A stretch of DNA of 64,000 nucleotides from Anaeromyxobacteraceae bacterium (GTDB taxonomy: Bacteria; Myxococcota; Myxococcia; Myxococcales; Anaeromyxobacteraceae), in the NCBI GenBank assembly GCA_032654565.1, contig JAULAX010000007.1:162051-226050 (forward strand). Direction: 5' to 3'. The first letter of the stretch is position 1. Each line of letters starts with the position of its first letter. Positions 1 to 9,818 of this stretch are shown in pieces. The position numbers and the translations under genes were made by a program. The notes beneath the pieces were generated by a model. The model was given only the letters and a program-made list of their open reading frames with translations, ran no database searches and was not told where the DNA came from.

Positions 1-56
1 CGCTCGCGCAGCGCCTCGCGCAGGGTGGTGATTGCGACGGCCAGGGTGGTGCGCAG
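1..56 (-). CDS. 5' end (partial) of a PilI-like ABC-2 transporter permease, probable CTG start
   Basis: Minus strand reads AGGAG-N7-CTG CGC ACC ACC CTG GCC GTC GCA ATC ACC ACC CTG CGC GAG GCG CTG CGC GAG (xRTTLAVAITTLREALRE), resembling the N-terminus of ABC-2/PilI permeases; follows the pilG-like gene; runs off the window edge. Confidence 0.5.
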   Translation of the reverse strand, partial: MRTTLAVAITTLREALRE

Positions 57-66
57 GGGAGGGCTC

Positions 67-936
67 CTAGCGGGTGACGCGCAGCGGGGCGCGGGGGCCG
101 AGCACCGAGCTGCGGACGGCGCCGGTGGCGGGATCGTACTCGAAGCGGCCGCCGGAGGGGTCGGCGGGGAGGGTGGTCAGCTCGGCGGGCAGGAGATCCC
201 CGAGCCGGACCGGGAGGCGGCCAGTCCGGGTTCGGTGAGCGGTCACGGCCCGCTCCAGCCTGGCCAGCACCTGGAAGGTGCGGATGCGGGTGAGGCGGGT
301 CGCCAGGTCGTCGCGTAGCTCGGGTAGGTCGGCCTGGCCGAGCATCTGGGTGAGGAAGGCGGCGGCCGCATCGTACTCGTCGTCGGTGTTGGCCAGCGCC
401 GAGAGGTTGGCGGCCAGCAGGGCCAGGTGTGGCTTCTTGCTGAGCTCGGCGGCCCGCCGGGCCAGACGCGCCGCCGCCGGGTAGTCCTGCTCGAAGATGA
501 ACTTGTTGGTGGCCTGGATGAAGGGGAGGTTCCAGCGCTCCGGGAGCGCCCGCATCCCCTTCTCCAGGATCCGGTCGGCCTCGGCGTGGCGCCCGGCCAG
601 CCCGGCCAGGTTGGAGCCGGTCACCTGGTAGGCGTAGCCGTGGCGGGGGTCGAGGTCGGTGACGATCTCGGTGAGCGGGAGCAGCGCCTCCCAGCGGTCG
701 CTCCTGGCCAGCAGCGTCTCGCCCATGTAGCTGACGGTGCGGAGCCAGTAGAAGTCGGAGAGGAGCAGCCGCTGGCCGAAGGAGGCGATCCGCAGCACCT
801 GTCCGCTCGGCAGCCAGGCCGGGTCGCGGACGGCGCCGCGGGCGGAGGCCTCCGGCTCGAGCACGCCACGGGTCAGGGCGGTGACGCCGACGGCCGCGGC
901 GAGCAGGGCGGCGAGGGTGACGGAGTGGCTGCGCAT
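67..936 (-). CDS. pilG: PilG-like (myxobacterial) pilus accessory protein; N-terminal signal/TM, TPR-like helices, pilin-like C-terminal motif
   Basis: Directly downstream of pilA as in the myxobacterial pilA-G-H-I block; SDFYWLR, TDLDP, and LPADPSGGRFEYDP motifs. Confidence 0.6.
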   Translation of the reverse strand: MRSHSVTLAALLAAAVGVTALTRGVLEPEASARGAVRDPAWLPSGQVLRIASFGQRLLLSDFYWLRTVSYMGETLLARSDRWEALLPLTEIVTDLDPRHGYAYQVTGSNLAGLAGRHAEADRILEKGMRALPERWNLPFIQATNKFIFEQDYPAAARLARRAAELSKKPHLALLAANLSALANTDDEYDAAAAFLTQMLGQADLPELRDDLATRLTRIRTFQVLARLERAVTAHRTRTGRLPVRLGDLLPAELTTLPADPSGGRFEYDPATGAVRSSVLGPRAPLRVTR

Positions 937-980
937 CCGGTGCGAGGCAGGATACCGCTGGATTGACGAGGCCGGTCCAG

Positions 981-1020
981 GAAACGTCGAAGGGCGCCGC
1001 GCTGACGCGCGACGCCCTCC
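981..1020 (-). terminator. Hairpin terminator/stabiliser downstream of pilA
   Basis: Minus strand AGGGCGTCGCGC-GTCA-GCGCGGCGCCCT (12-bp stem with one G-U pair; 991-1018) followed by TCGACGTTT. Confidence 0.6.
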
Positions 1021-1041
1021 TTGGTTCAGGCCAACCGGTGA

Positions 1042-1671
1042 CTAGAAGACGTCAGGGCTGGTGGTGGTGCAGGGGGTGCCGTAGACGGTCTTGGCGCCGT
1101 CGAGGCAGCTGCCCAGGGTGCCCGGGAAGGCGGCGATGTTGCCGGTCTTGACGGGGAAGCTGACGCCGTCGAGCGCCCCCTTGGCCAGGGCCACGTCGCC
1201 GTTGGTGCCGTCGCCGTCGATGTCGGCCGCGGCGCCGATCATGTAGCAGATTCCCGAGTTTGCGCCGCCGATGGCGGTCGCACAGGGGGCAGAGGTGTCC
1301 ACCTCGTAGTTGAAGTAGGTGGCCCCCTCGATCTGCCAGTCGATGGCCTGCGCCAGCGCCAGCTCGGTGGTGGCCCAGGTGATCTTGGCCGTGCCGATGG
1401 TGCCGGCCGGCATCGCCGTGCTGCCGAGCGAGTGGTAGGAGCCGGGCTCGTAGGCGGCGTCGAGGGCGCCGGTGATGATCACCTTGCGCTCGCCCTGGCG
1501 CAGCGCCTCCTCGGCCTTGCGGAGCCCCTCGATGTTGGAGGAGGCCTCCGAGAACTTGGAGCGGAGCTGGTACTTGACGAAGTTGGGGATGGCGATGGCG
1601 GCCAGGATGCCGATGATGGCCACGACGATCATCAGCTCGATCAGGGTGAAGCCACGGGTCAGCTTCTTCAT
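1042..1671 (-). CDS. pilA: Type IVa major pilin PilA (209 aa prepilin)
   Basis: Class III signal [31 protein letters not shown]; four Cys and a DIDGDG motif in the globular domain; start refined to the ATG at 1671. Confidence 0.95.
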   Translation of the reverse strand: MKKLTRGFTLIELMIVVAIIGILAAIAIPNFVKYQLRSKFSEASSNIEGLRKAEEALRQGERKVIITGALDAAYEPGSYHSLGSTAMPAGTIGTAKITWATTELALAQAIDWQIEGATYFNYEVDTSAPCATAIGGANSGICYMIGAAADIDGDGTNGDVALAKGALDGVSFPVKTGNIAAFPGTLGSCLDGAKTVYGTPCTTTSPDVF

Positions 1672-1766
1672 GTGTGTTCTCCGGTCAGGCCGGGACGCTG
1701 TGAGACGGCCGGCGTTGTGCCAGGCGGCGTGCGGCATGCTGCCCGACCTGGTTCGTGGATCCTGTT

Positions 1767-1782
1767 AGCACGGGGAGTGCCA
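1767..1782 (-). promoter_or_regulatory. sigma54 (-24/-12) promoter of pilA
   Basis: TGGCACTCCCCGTGCT on the minus strand (GG-N10-GC); pilA genes are typically sigma54/PilR dependent. Confidence 0.75.
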
Positions 1783-1865
1783 GCCGCCCATTTTACGAAC
1801 CTCCATGAAATTCGCGGTGTAGCCGTTCGTCCCACCGGACCAATCCGGGCACCCGGGTGGTCGCG

Positions 1866-1884
1866 GGTGACGAAAACCGTCACC
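1866..1884. promoter_or_regulatory. Palindromic candidate enhancer (PilR-type UAS)
   Basis: Perfect inverted repeat GGTGACG-AAAAC-CGTCACC about 85-100 bp upstream of the pilA -24 box. Confidence 0.55.
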
Positions 1885-1996
1885 TCCGGGGACCGCATGA
1901 ACGCGGGACACCCAGGCGAGGCAACTTTGACAGCCGATCGCCGCCGTCCGATCATCTGGCTCGCCCCGACGGTGTACCCGCGAGGGCCGAGACCAC

Positions 1997-2953
1997 GTGG
2001 ACCCAGCCGCCGCCGACATCCTCCGACCCCTCTCCATCGCCTGGGGCGCCCTCGTCGGGTCGGTGGTGGGCAGCTTCCTCAACGTGGTGGTGGCCCGGCT
2101 GCCGAAGGGGGAGTCGGTGGTCCACCCCCGCTCGCGCTGCCCGGGGTGCGGTGCCCCCATCGCCTGGTACGACAACGTCCCGGTCCTCTCCTGGCTCCTG
2201 CTGCGGGCCCGCTGCCGCCGCTGCCGCGCCCGCATCAGCGCCCGCTACCCGCTGGTGGAGCTGCTGGTGGCCCTCCTCGGTGGGCTGGCGGTGGAGCGCC
2301 ACGGCGTCTCCGCCGCCGCCGCTGCCGAGCTCACCTTCGGCGCGCTGCTGGTGGCGCTCGCCTTCATCGACCTCGACACCTGGCTGCTCCCCTTCGCGCT
2401 CAGCCTGCCGCTGGCGGCGCTGGGGCTGCTGGCGGGCGGGCTCGGCCTGGCCCCATCCGGCTCGCTCGGCGGCGCCCTGCTCGGCGGCGGCGTCGGCTTC
2501 CTGGCCTTCCTCGCGGTCCACCTGGTGGGCGAGAAGATCTTCAAGCGCGAGGCCATGGGGTTCGGCGACGTGGTGCTGCTCGGCGGCCTCGGCGGCTGGC
2601 TCGGTGTCGGGGGGCTGCTGCCGGTCATCCTCCTCTCCTCGTTGCAGGGCAGCGTGGTGGGGATCGCCCTGGTCCTGCTCGGCCGCGGGCAGCCCGGGCC
2701 GCCGGCCCCGGAGGCGACCGACGCCCCGTCCGCCCCTCCGGCCACGGTGCCCACCACCGCTCCGGTCGCAGCACCGCTTGACGGGGCGCTGCCCGCCGCC
2801 GAGGTGCCCGTCGCCGCAGAAGACGACTGGATCCCCCCGCGCCACGCGCTCCCCTTCGGCCCCTTCCTGGCGCTGGCGGCGCTGGAGTGGCTGCTGCTCG
2901 GACCCTGGCTGGCCCGCGCCGTCCCCCTGCTCTCCCCATTCGTGGGGCGGTGA
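1997..2953 (+). CDS. pilD: Prepilin peptidase/N-methyltransferase PilD
   Basis: GSFLNVV, CPGC...CRRC Zn motif, FIDLD and MGFGD catalytic Asp motifs, LPFGPFL C-terminus. Confidence 0.95.
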   Translation: MDPAAADILRPLSIAWGALVGSVVGSFLNVVVARLPKGESVVHPRSRCPGCGAPIAWYDNVPVLSWLLLRARCRRCRARISARYPLVELLVALLGGLAVERHGVSAAAAAELTFGALLVALAFIDLDTWLLPFALSLPLAALGLLAGGLGLAPSGSLGGALLGGGVGFLAFLAVHLVGEKIFKREAMGFGDVVLLGGLGGWLGVGGLLPVILLSSLQGSVVGIALVLLGRGQPGPPAPEATDAPSAPPATVPTTAPVAAPLDGALPAAEVPVAAEDDWIPPRHALPFGPFLALAALEWLLLGPWLARAVPLLSPFVGR

Positions 2954-2959
2954 CCGCCG

Positions 2960-4072
2960 GTGAAGATGCAGCTTCGCCTCCACCTGCTCCTCCAGCTCAC
3001 CGCGGTGGCGGCGGCGGTGGCGGCCGTCCTGCTGGCGGTGGGAGTGCCGCTGCTGGCGGCGCGCGCCCTCGGCCCCGGCCAGTTCCTGGCGCTGGTGCTG
3101 CTGGCGGCGCTGGCGGTGGTCGGCGTCGGCGGCCTCTTCCTGTCCCGCGGCGTGGCCCGGCCGCTCGACCGGCTGGTGGAGGCGGCGGCGCGGCTCGGCG
3201 CCGAGGGCGGGCTGCCGCCGCTGGGGCCGCCCGGCGACCAGGCCGGACCGAGCCTGGCGCGGGCCGCGGTGGCCTTCGAGCGGACCGCGGCGGCCCTCTC
3301 CGAGGAGCGGGCCCGGCTGGCGGCCAAGGTGGCCGAGCTGGAGGCGAGCCACCGCCGCCTCGCCGAGGCGCAGGAGGAGCTGCTCCGCTCCGAGCGGCTG
3401 GCCTCGGTGGGGCGGCTGGCCGCCGGGATCGCCCACGAGGTGGGCAACCCGCTCGGCGCCATCGGCGGCTACGCCGAGCTGGCCCGGGCCAAGCTGGCCG
3501 ACGGTAGCGCCGACCCGGCCGCGGTCGACGACTTCCTCCGGCGGATCGGCGTGGAGGCGCAGCGGATCGACGCCATCGTCCGCGACCTGCTCGACTTCGC
3601 CCGCCCGGCGCCGCTGGCGCTGGGCCCGGTCACGGTGGCCGCGGCCCTGGACGCTGCGGCGCGGCTGGCGCGGGTGCAGGGGCGGTTCCGCGAGGTGGCG
3701 CTGGAGCTGGACCTGCCCGCCGACCTGCCGCCGGTCCGCGCCGACGAGCGGCGGCTGGCGCAGGTCTTCCTCAACCTGCTGCTCAACGCCGGCGACGCCA
3801 TGGCGGGGGCGGGGCGGGTGCGGGTCACTGGCCGGCTCCGGCAGGGCCAGGTGATCGTCGAGGTGGAGGACGGCGGGCCAGGTCTGGCCCCGGAGGCCCG
3901 CCTCAAGCTCTTCGACCCCTTCTTCACCACCAAGGAGCCGGGGCAGGGGACCGGGCTGGGGCTGTCGGTCTGCCACGGCCTGATGGCCTCCTTCGGCGGC
4001 TCCATCGAGGCCGGCGAGGCGCCCGGCGGCGGGGCCCGCTTCACGCTCCGGCTGGCCGCGGAGCCGCCGTGA
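2960..4072 (+). CDS. pilS2: Sensor histidine kinase (PilS2-like): 2 TM, HAMP, HisKA, HATPase
   Basis: AHEVGNPL H-box, QVFLNLLLNA, DGGPG, FFTTK, GTGLGL; position after pilD matches the myxobacterial pilS2. Confidence 0.8.
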   Translation: MKMQLRLHLLLQLTAVAAAVAAVLLAVGVPLLAARALGPGQFLALVLLAALAVVGVGGLFLSRGVARPLDRLVEAAARLGAEGGLPPLGPPGDQAGPSLARAAVAFERTAAALSEERARLAAKVAELEASHRRLAEAQEELLRSERLASVGRLAAGIAHEVGNPLGAIGGYAELARAKLADGSADPAAVDDFLRRIGVEAQRIDAIVRDLLDFARPAPLALGPVTVAAALDAAARLARVQGRFREVALELDLPADLPPVRADERRLAQVFLNLLLNAGDAMAGAGRVRVTGRLRQGQVIVEVEDGGPGLAPEARLKLFDPFFTTKEPGQGTGLGLSVCHGLMASFGGSIEAGEAPGGGARFTLRLAAEPP

Positions 4073-6339
4073 CCGGTGGCGCGGCGCCGGGCACGCACGG
4101 GGAGAGCCCGGCGAGGGCCGTCGACGGAGAGGGGCGCTTGCCACCACCCACCATCACGGAGGGGCGGAGCCGATGGGCCTTCGCCGCCGCGGTGGCGCTG
4201 CTGCTCCTCGTCGCCTTCCTGCTCCGCCTGGCCGGCGCCGCCGCCGCTTTCGATCAGGGCGAGCTGGTGACGCTGGACGGAGACTCGCTCTACCACCTGC
4301 ACCGGATGCGGCTCATCGCCGAGCAGTTCCCGGCGGTGCCCTGGATCGATCCGCTCATCGCCTGGCCGGCCGGGGCGGCCATCCCCTGGGCGGCCGGCTT
4401 CGACCTGCTGGGGGCAGCCCTCATCGTGCTGGGGCGGGCGGCCGGCGGCCCGGCGGGCGGCGATCTCTGGGTGGCGGCGCTCTGCCCGCTGCTCGGCGTG
4501 GCCGTGGTGGCGGCGGTGATCGAGCTGGCCCTGGCGCTCCAGCCGGCGGGGCCGGCCCGGCGCCCCGGCGCGCTGGCGGCCGGGATCCTGGCGGCGGTCC
4601 TCCCGCAGGGGGTCGCCATCTCGCGCTACGGACGGATCGACCACCACGTCGCCGAGGCGTTGGTCATGCTGCTGCTGGCCCGCTGGGCCCTGGCGGCCCT
4701 GCCGCCCCGGGGCGGCGGAACGACGCGGCAGCGGCTGGTCTTCGAGGTGGCGGGCGGCGCCCTCGCCGCCGGGGCGGTGCTGGTCTTCACCGGCTCGCCG
4801 CTCTACGTGGCGCTGGTGGTGCCGCTGCTGGCCGGCGCGGCGCTGGTCCGCGAGCGCCCCTCGGTGCTGGGGAGCGGCGGCCCCGGGCTGTTGCTCGGTG
4901 GCGCGCTGGCGGGGCTGGCGTCTGCGCCGGCAGTAGCCGCGAACGGCCGCGCCTTCGCCTTCGGCTTCCCTTCCTGGCTCCAGCCGCTGCTGCTGGCCGC
5001 CGCCGGGCTGGCAGTCTGCGCCGTGGCCGCGGTCGGCGCCCGGGTCGGGCCCGGCCGGAGGCGGCTGGGGCTGGTGGCGGCCGGGCTGGTCGCGCTGGCG
5101 GTGCTGGGGGCGCTCGCCGTACCCCAGGGGCTGGGCCAGGCGGTGGCCGGATTGCGCGAGTGGCTCTTCAAGGCCGATCCCTGGCTGCGGACCATCGATG
5201 AGTTCCAGCCGCTCCTCTCCTCCCGGCGCGGCGGCCACGGCAGCGTGACCCGGTACTTCGGCGTTGCCGGGTTCGCCACGCCGCTGGCCCTGCCGCTGGC
5301 CTGGTGGGCGGCGCGCGCTGCCACACCGGCCCGGGCCGCCGGACTCCTCTGGCTCTGCTCGGCGCTGGCCGGGCTGACGCTCCTGCAGGTCCGCTTCGGG
5401 CGGGTCTTCGTCCCGTTCCTGGCCCTCGCCGCCGGGCTGGCGCTGGCCTGGCTGGCCGGACGGCTCCGCCCTGCGGGCCGGCTGGCGCCGCTCGCTCCGC
5501 TGGTCGCCGCGCTGGCGCTGCTCGACCCGGCGGTCCGCGCCGGCCTTGGCACCAGCCGCGATCCCATCCCCAACGCCATGGTCGAGGTGGCCCGCGAGCT
5601 GCGCCGGCGCCCCGCCGGGCCGAGCCCCGGCGTACTGGCCCCGTGGGATCTCGCCAACGAGGTGCTGACGCTGGCAGGGCGGCCGGTGGTGGTCACCGGC
5701 TTCGGCCCGTACCCGGATCCGGCCGCCTACTGGGAGACGGTCAAGGCCTACACGGCCAGTGAAGAGGAGCTGCTGCCGTGGCTGGCCGGGCGGCGGGTGG
5801 GCTGGGTGGTGGCCGGCGCCGCCAACCTCTTCGGCCGGGTGCGCAGCGCCGACGCCCTCATCCCGTTCAGCAACGGGGAGTTCGACCCGCGCTGGCTGCA
5901 AGGCACGCCATCCGCCCCGCTCCTCATCGGCGGCTCCGGCGTTCCGGCGCTGGGGGTTCGCCACTTCGGCCACCTCATGCCGATCCTCGCCGCGACGCGG
6001 GTCGTGAAGGGGCTGAAGTCGCCGCTGCCGGTGATCTGGCTCTACGCGGTGGTGGCCGGCGCCGAGCTGACCGGCCGGGCGCCGGCCGGCGCGCGGGTGG
6101 TGCTGGAGGTCCCGCTCACCGAGCACGGGCGCCCCCACACCTGGCGCGCCTGGGCCGACGCCGGGGCCGACGGGCGCTGGCAGCTGCGTGTGCCGCTCCC
6201 CACGGATCTGTCCACGCAGACCATCCGGACGGCGACGGGGCGGCTCCGGGTAGGGGACGGCCCGGCCCAGCCCCTCGAGATCACGGAGTCGACGGTCCGC
6301 GCCGGCGGGATCATCGCCGCCCCCGGCGACACGCGCTAG
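4069..6339 (+). CDS. STT3/AglB-like oligosaccharyltransferase (GT66-like), archaeal-type architecture
   Basis: Multi-TM N-half with DGDSLYH, DP..WP.G..W...FD, GRIDHHVAE, TIDE (TIXE), QVRF; PWDLA in the WWDYG position; C-terminal beta-rich domain; GTGA overlap with the kinase stop. Confidence 0.8.
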   Translation: MTGGAAPGTHGESPARAVDGEGRLPPPTITEGRSRWAFAAAVALLLLVAFLLRLAGAAAAFDQGELVTLDGDSLYHLHRMRLIAEQFPAVPWIDPLIAWPAGAAIPWAAGFDLLGAALIVLGRAAGGPAGGDLWVAALCPLLGVAVVAAVIELALALQPAGPARRPGALAAGILAAVLPQGVAISRYGRIDHHVAEALVMLLLARWALAALPPRGGGTTRQRLVFEVAGGALAAGAVLVFTGSPLYVALVVPLLAGAALVRERPSVLGSGGPGLLLGGALAGLASAPAVAANGRAFAFGFPSWLQPLLLAAAGLAVCAVAAVGARVGPGRRRLGLVAAGLVALAVLGALAVPQGLGQAVAGLREWLFKADPWLRTIDEFQPLLSSRRGGHGSVTRYFGVAGFATPLALPLAWWAARAATPARAAGLLWLCSALAGLTLLQVRFGRVFVPFLALAAGLALAWLAGRLRPAGRLAPLAPLVAALALLDPAVRAGLGTSRDPIPNAMVEVARELRRRPAGPSPGVLAPWDLANEVLTLAGRPVVVTGFGPYPDPAAYWETVKAYTASEEELLPWLAGRRVGWVVAGAANLFGRVRSADALIPFSNGEFDPRWLQGTPSAPLLIGGSGVPALGVRHFGHLMPILAATRVVKGLKSPLPVIWLYAVVAGAELTGRAPAGARVVLEVPLTEHGRPHTWRAWADAGADGRWQLRVPLPTDLSTQTIRTATGRLRVGDGPAQPLEITESTVRAGGIIAAPGDTR

Positions 6340-6348
6340 ACTCGCTCC

Positions 6349-7722
<1,374 letters not shown>

Positions 7723-7860
7723 GCGGGGGTGGGCGGACGGCCCCGGCGGGGGGGGGGCGGGAGGCCACCCGGAGCATCCACGGACGCACACTGACGCATC
7801 ACTTCGCGTCGCGGACGCATCGAGAGCCCCACAGATGCGATATCGGCGCCGGTCGCTTTC

Positions 7861-7890
7861 TTGATCCCATCGGGATCGATCGCGTAGCGT
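7861..7890 (+). promoter_or_regulatory. Putative sigma70 promoter of the XRE-pilM operon, with a palindrome over the -35 box
   Basis: TTGATC-N18-TAGCGT; GATCCC-ATC-GGGATC at 7863-7877. Confidence 0.45.
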
Positions 7891-7899
7891 CTCCCCTGC

Positions 7900-8166
7900 A
7901 TGGCTCCTCACACCCCGAAGACCGCCGTCCGCGCCGAGATCCAGCGCCGGCCGGCCAACAACCTGCAGCGCCTGCGCGAGGATCAGCTCCTCACCAAGGC
8001 GGAGCTGGCGCGCAAGGCCGGCGTCTCCCCGCTCACCGTGGCGCGCATCGAGGCCGGACAGGAGTGCCGGGTGGACACCAAGCGGAAGATCATCCTGGCG
8101 CTGGGCATGACCCCGTCCGACCGGGCCAAGGTGTTCGGCGGCGGCAGGAAGGGGCGGACGTCATGA
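7900..8166 (+). CDS. XRE-family helix-turn-helix protein
   Basis: NNLQRLRE..LTKAELARKAGVSPLTVARIE HTH_3 pattern; ATGA overlap with the pilM start. Confidence 0.85.
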   Translation: MAPHTPKTAVRAEIQRRPANNLQRLREDQLLTKAELARKAGVSPLTVARIEAGQECRVDTKRKIILALGMTPSDRAKVFGGGRKGRTS

Positions 8167-9221
8167 GCCGGAGCAAGCTCGCGGTCGGGCTCGACATCGG
8201 GTCCTCGGGCGTCAAGCTCATCCAGCTGAAGGAGAAGAAGGGCGGCTACTCGCTGCTGGCCTACGGCACCGCGCCGCTGCCGCCCGAGGCCATCGTCGAC
8301 GGCAGCCTGATGAACTCGGCGGCCATCGTCCAGGCCATCCAGGAGCTGGTGGCCCAGCACAAGGTCAAGACCCGCGAGGTGGCCATCGGCGTCCGCGGCC
8401 ACTCGGTGATCATCAAGAAGATCTCCATGCCCCGCATGACCCAGGAGGAGCTGGACGAGTCGATCCTCTGGGAGGCGGAGCAGTACATCCCCTACGACGT
8501 CAAGGACGTGAACATCGACACCCAGATCCTCACGCCCGAGGGGGACGCCGCCGGCCAGATGGACGTGCTGCTGGTGGCCGCCAAGAAGGACATGATCAAC
8601 GACTACTCGTCGGTCTGCGCCGAGGCCGGCCTGACCGCCACGGTGGTCGACGTCGACGCCTTCGCGGTGCAGAACGCCTTCGAGGCCAGCTACGAGCTGT
8701 CGCCCAGCGACACCGTGGTGCTGATCAACGTGGGCGCGGCGGTGGCCAACATCAACATCCTCACCCGCGGCGTCACCACCTTCACCCGCGACATCACCAT
8801 GGGCGGCAACGCCTTCACCGAGGAGATCCAGAAGCAGCTCAGCATCTCCTACGACGAGGCCGAGGCCTTGAAGGTGGGCGGGCAGGGCGAGACCGACGCG
8901 GTGGTGCCCCAGGAGGTGGAGCGGGTCATCCAGGGGGTCGCCGAGCAGATGGGCGGCGAGATCCAGCGCTCCCTCGACTTCTTCGCCTCCTCGGCCGCCG
9001 ACGCCCGCATCTCCCGGGTCTTCCTCTCCGGGGGCACGGCGCGCATCCCGGCGCTCTTCAAGGTCATCGAGGCGCGGGCCGGGGTGCCGGTGGAGATCCT
9101 CAACCCGTTCAAGAACATCGAGATCGACAATCGCAAGTTCGACCCGGCGGCCATCCTGGCCGGCGCGCCGGCGGCGGCGGTCGCGGTCGGGCTGGCGCTG
9201 CGCCGGCCCGGGGACAAGTGA
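8163..9221 (+). CDS. pilM: Type IV pilus assembly actin-like protein PilM
   Basis: VGLDIGSS, EAEQYIPY, INVGA, EIQRSLDF, LSGG motifs; C-terminal part of ORF 5778..9221. Confidence 0.95.
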   Translation: MSRSKLAVGLDIGSSGVKLIQLKEKKGGYSLLAYGTAPLPPEAIVDGSLMNSAAIVQAIQELVAQHKVKTREVAIGVRGHSVIIKKISMPRMTQEELDESILWEAEQYIPYDVKDVNIDTQILTPEGDAAGQMDVLLVAAKKDMINDYSSVCAEAGLTATVVDVDAFAVQNAFEASYELSPSDTVVLINVGAAVANINILTRGVTTFTRDITMGGNAFTEEIQKQLSISYDEAEALKVGGQGETDAVVPQEVERVIQGVAEQMGGEIQRSLDFFASSAADARISRVFLSGGTARIPALFKVIEARAGVPVEILNPFKNIEIDNRKFDPAAILAGAPAAAVAVGLALRRPGDK

Positions 9222-9814
9222 CCATGGTCCGGATCAACCTACTCCCGGTTCGGGTTTCGAAGAAGAAGGAGGCGGGCAAGCAGCAGCTCGTCATCTTCGC
9301 GGCGGTGCTGCTGGTCGGCCTGGCCGGCAACTTCTTCTGGGCCTCCTCCCGGGCCGGCGACCTCAAGGCGCGCGAGGCCAAGCTGGCCCGCACCCGCGAC
9401 GACATCGCCCAGCTCGAGCGGATCATCGGCGAGGTCAAGAACATCAAGGACGCCCAGCAGGAGCTGCAGAAGAAGCTCGACGTCCTCGACAAGCTCAAGC
9501 AGGGGCGCAGCGGCCCGGTGCGCATGCTCGACGAGCTGGCCAGCGTCACCCCGCGCCAGCTCTGGCTCACCAAGATGGACGAGAAGAACGGGGCCATGGT
9601 CTTCGGCGGCGCGGCGCTGAGCATCGACGACGTCTCCGAGTTCATGACCAAGCTCAAGCAGTCGAAGTACTTCACCAAGGTGGAGCTGAAGAAGACCACC
9701 GCGGTCAAGTCCACCGGGCGCGGAGACCGGCTGGTGAACTTCGAGATCCAGGCCACCGCCAAGTACAACCCGCTGGCGGCCGAGGCGGCTGGCGCGCCCG
9801 GGAAGAAGGGGTAA
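9218..9814 (+). CDS. pilN: PilN
   Basis: RINLLP PilM-binding motif, TM, coiled coil; start may be the ATG at 9224. Confidence 0.93.
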   Translation: MTMVRINLLPVRVSKKKEAGKQQLVIFAAVLLVGLAGNFFWASSRAGDLKAREAKLARTRDDIAQLERIIGEVKNIKDAQQELQKKLDVLDKLKQGRSGPVRMLDELASVTPRQLWLTKMDEKNGAMVFGGAALSIDDVSEFMTKLKQSKYFTKVELKKTTAVKSTGRGDRLVNFEIQATAKYNPLAAEAAGAPGKKG

Positions 9815-9818
9815 GGCG

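Noticed and set aside
1042..1650. PilA as an electrically conductive e-pilin
   Set aside because: Long pilin (202 aa mature); hand count gives about 16 F/Y/W (about 8%) with a gap of over 30 residues lacking aromatics, below the usual e-pilin criteria
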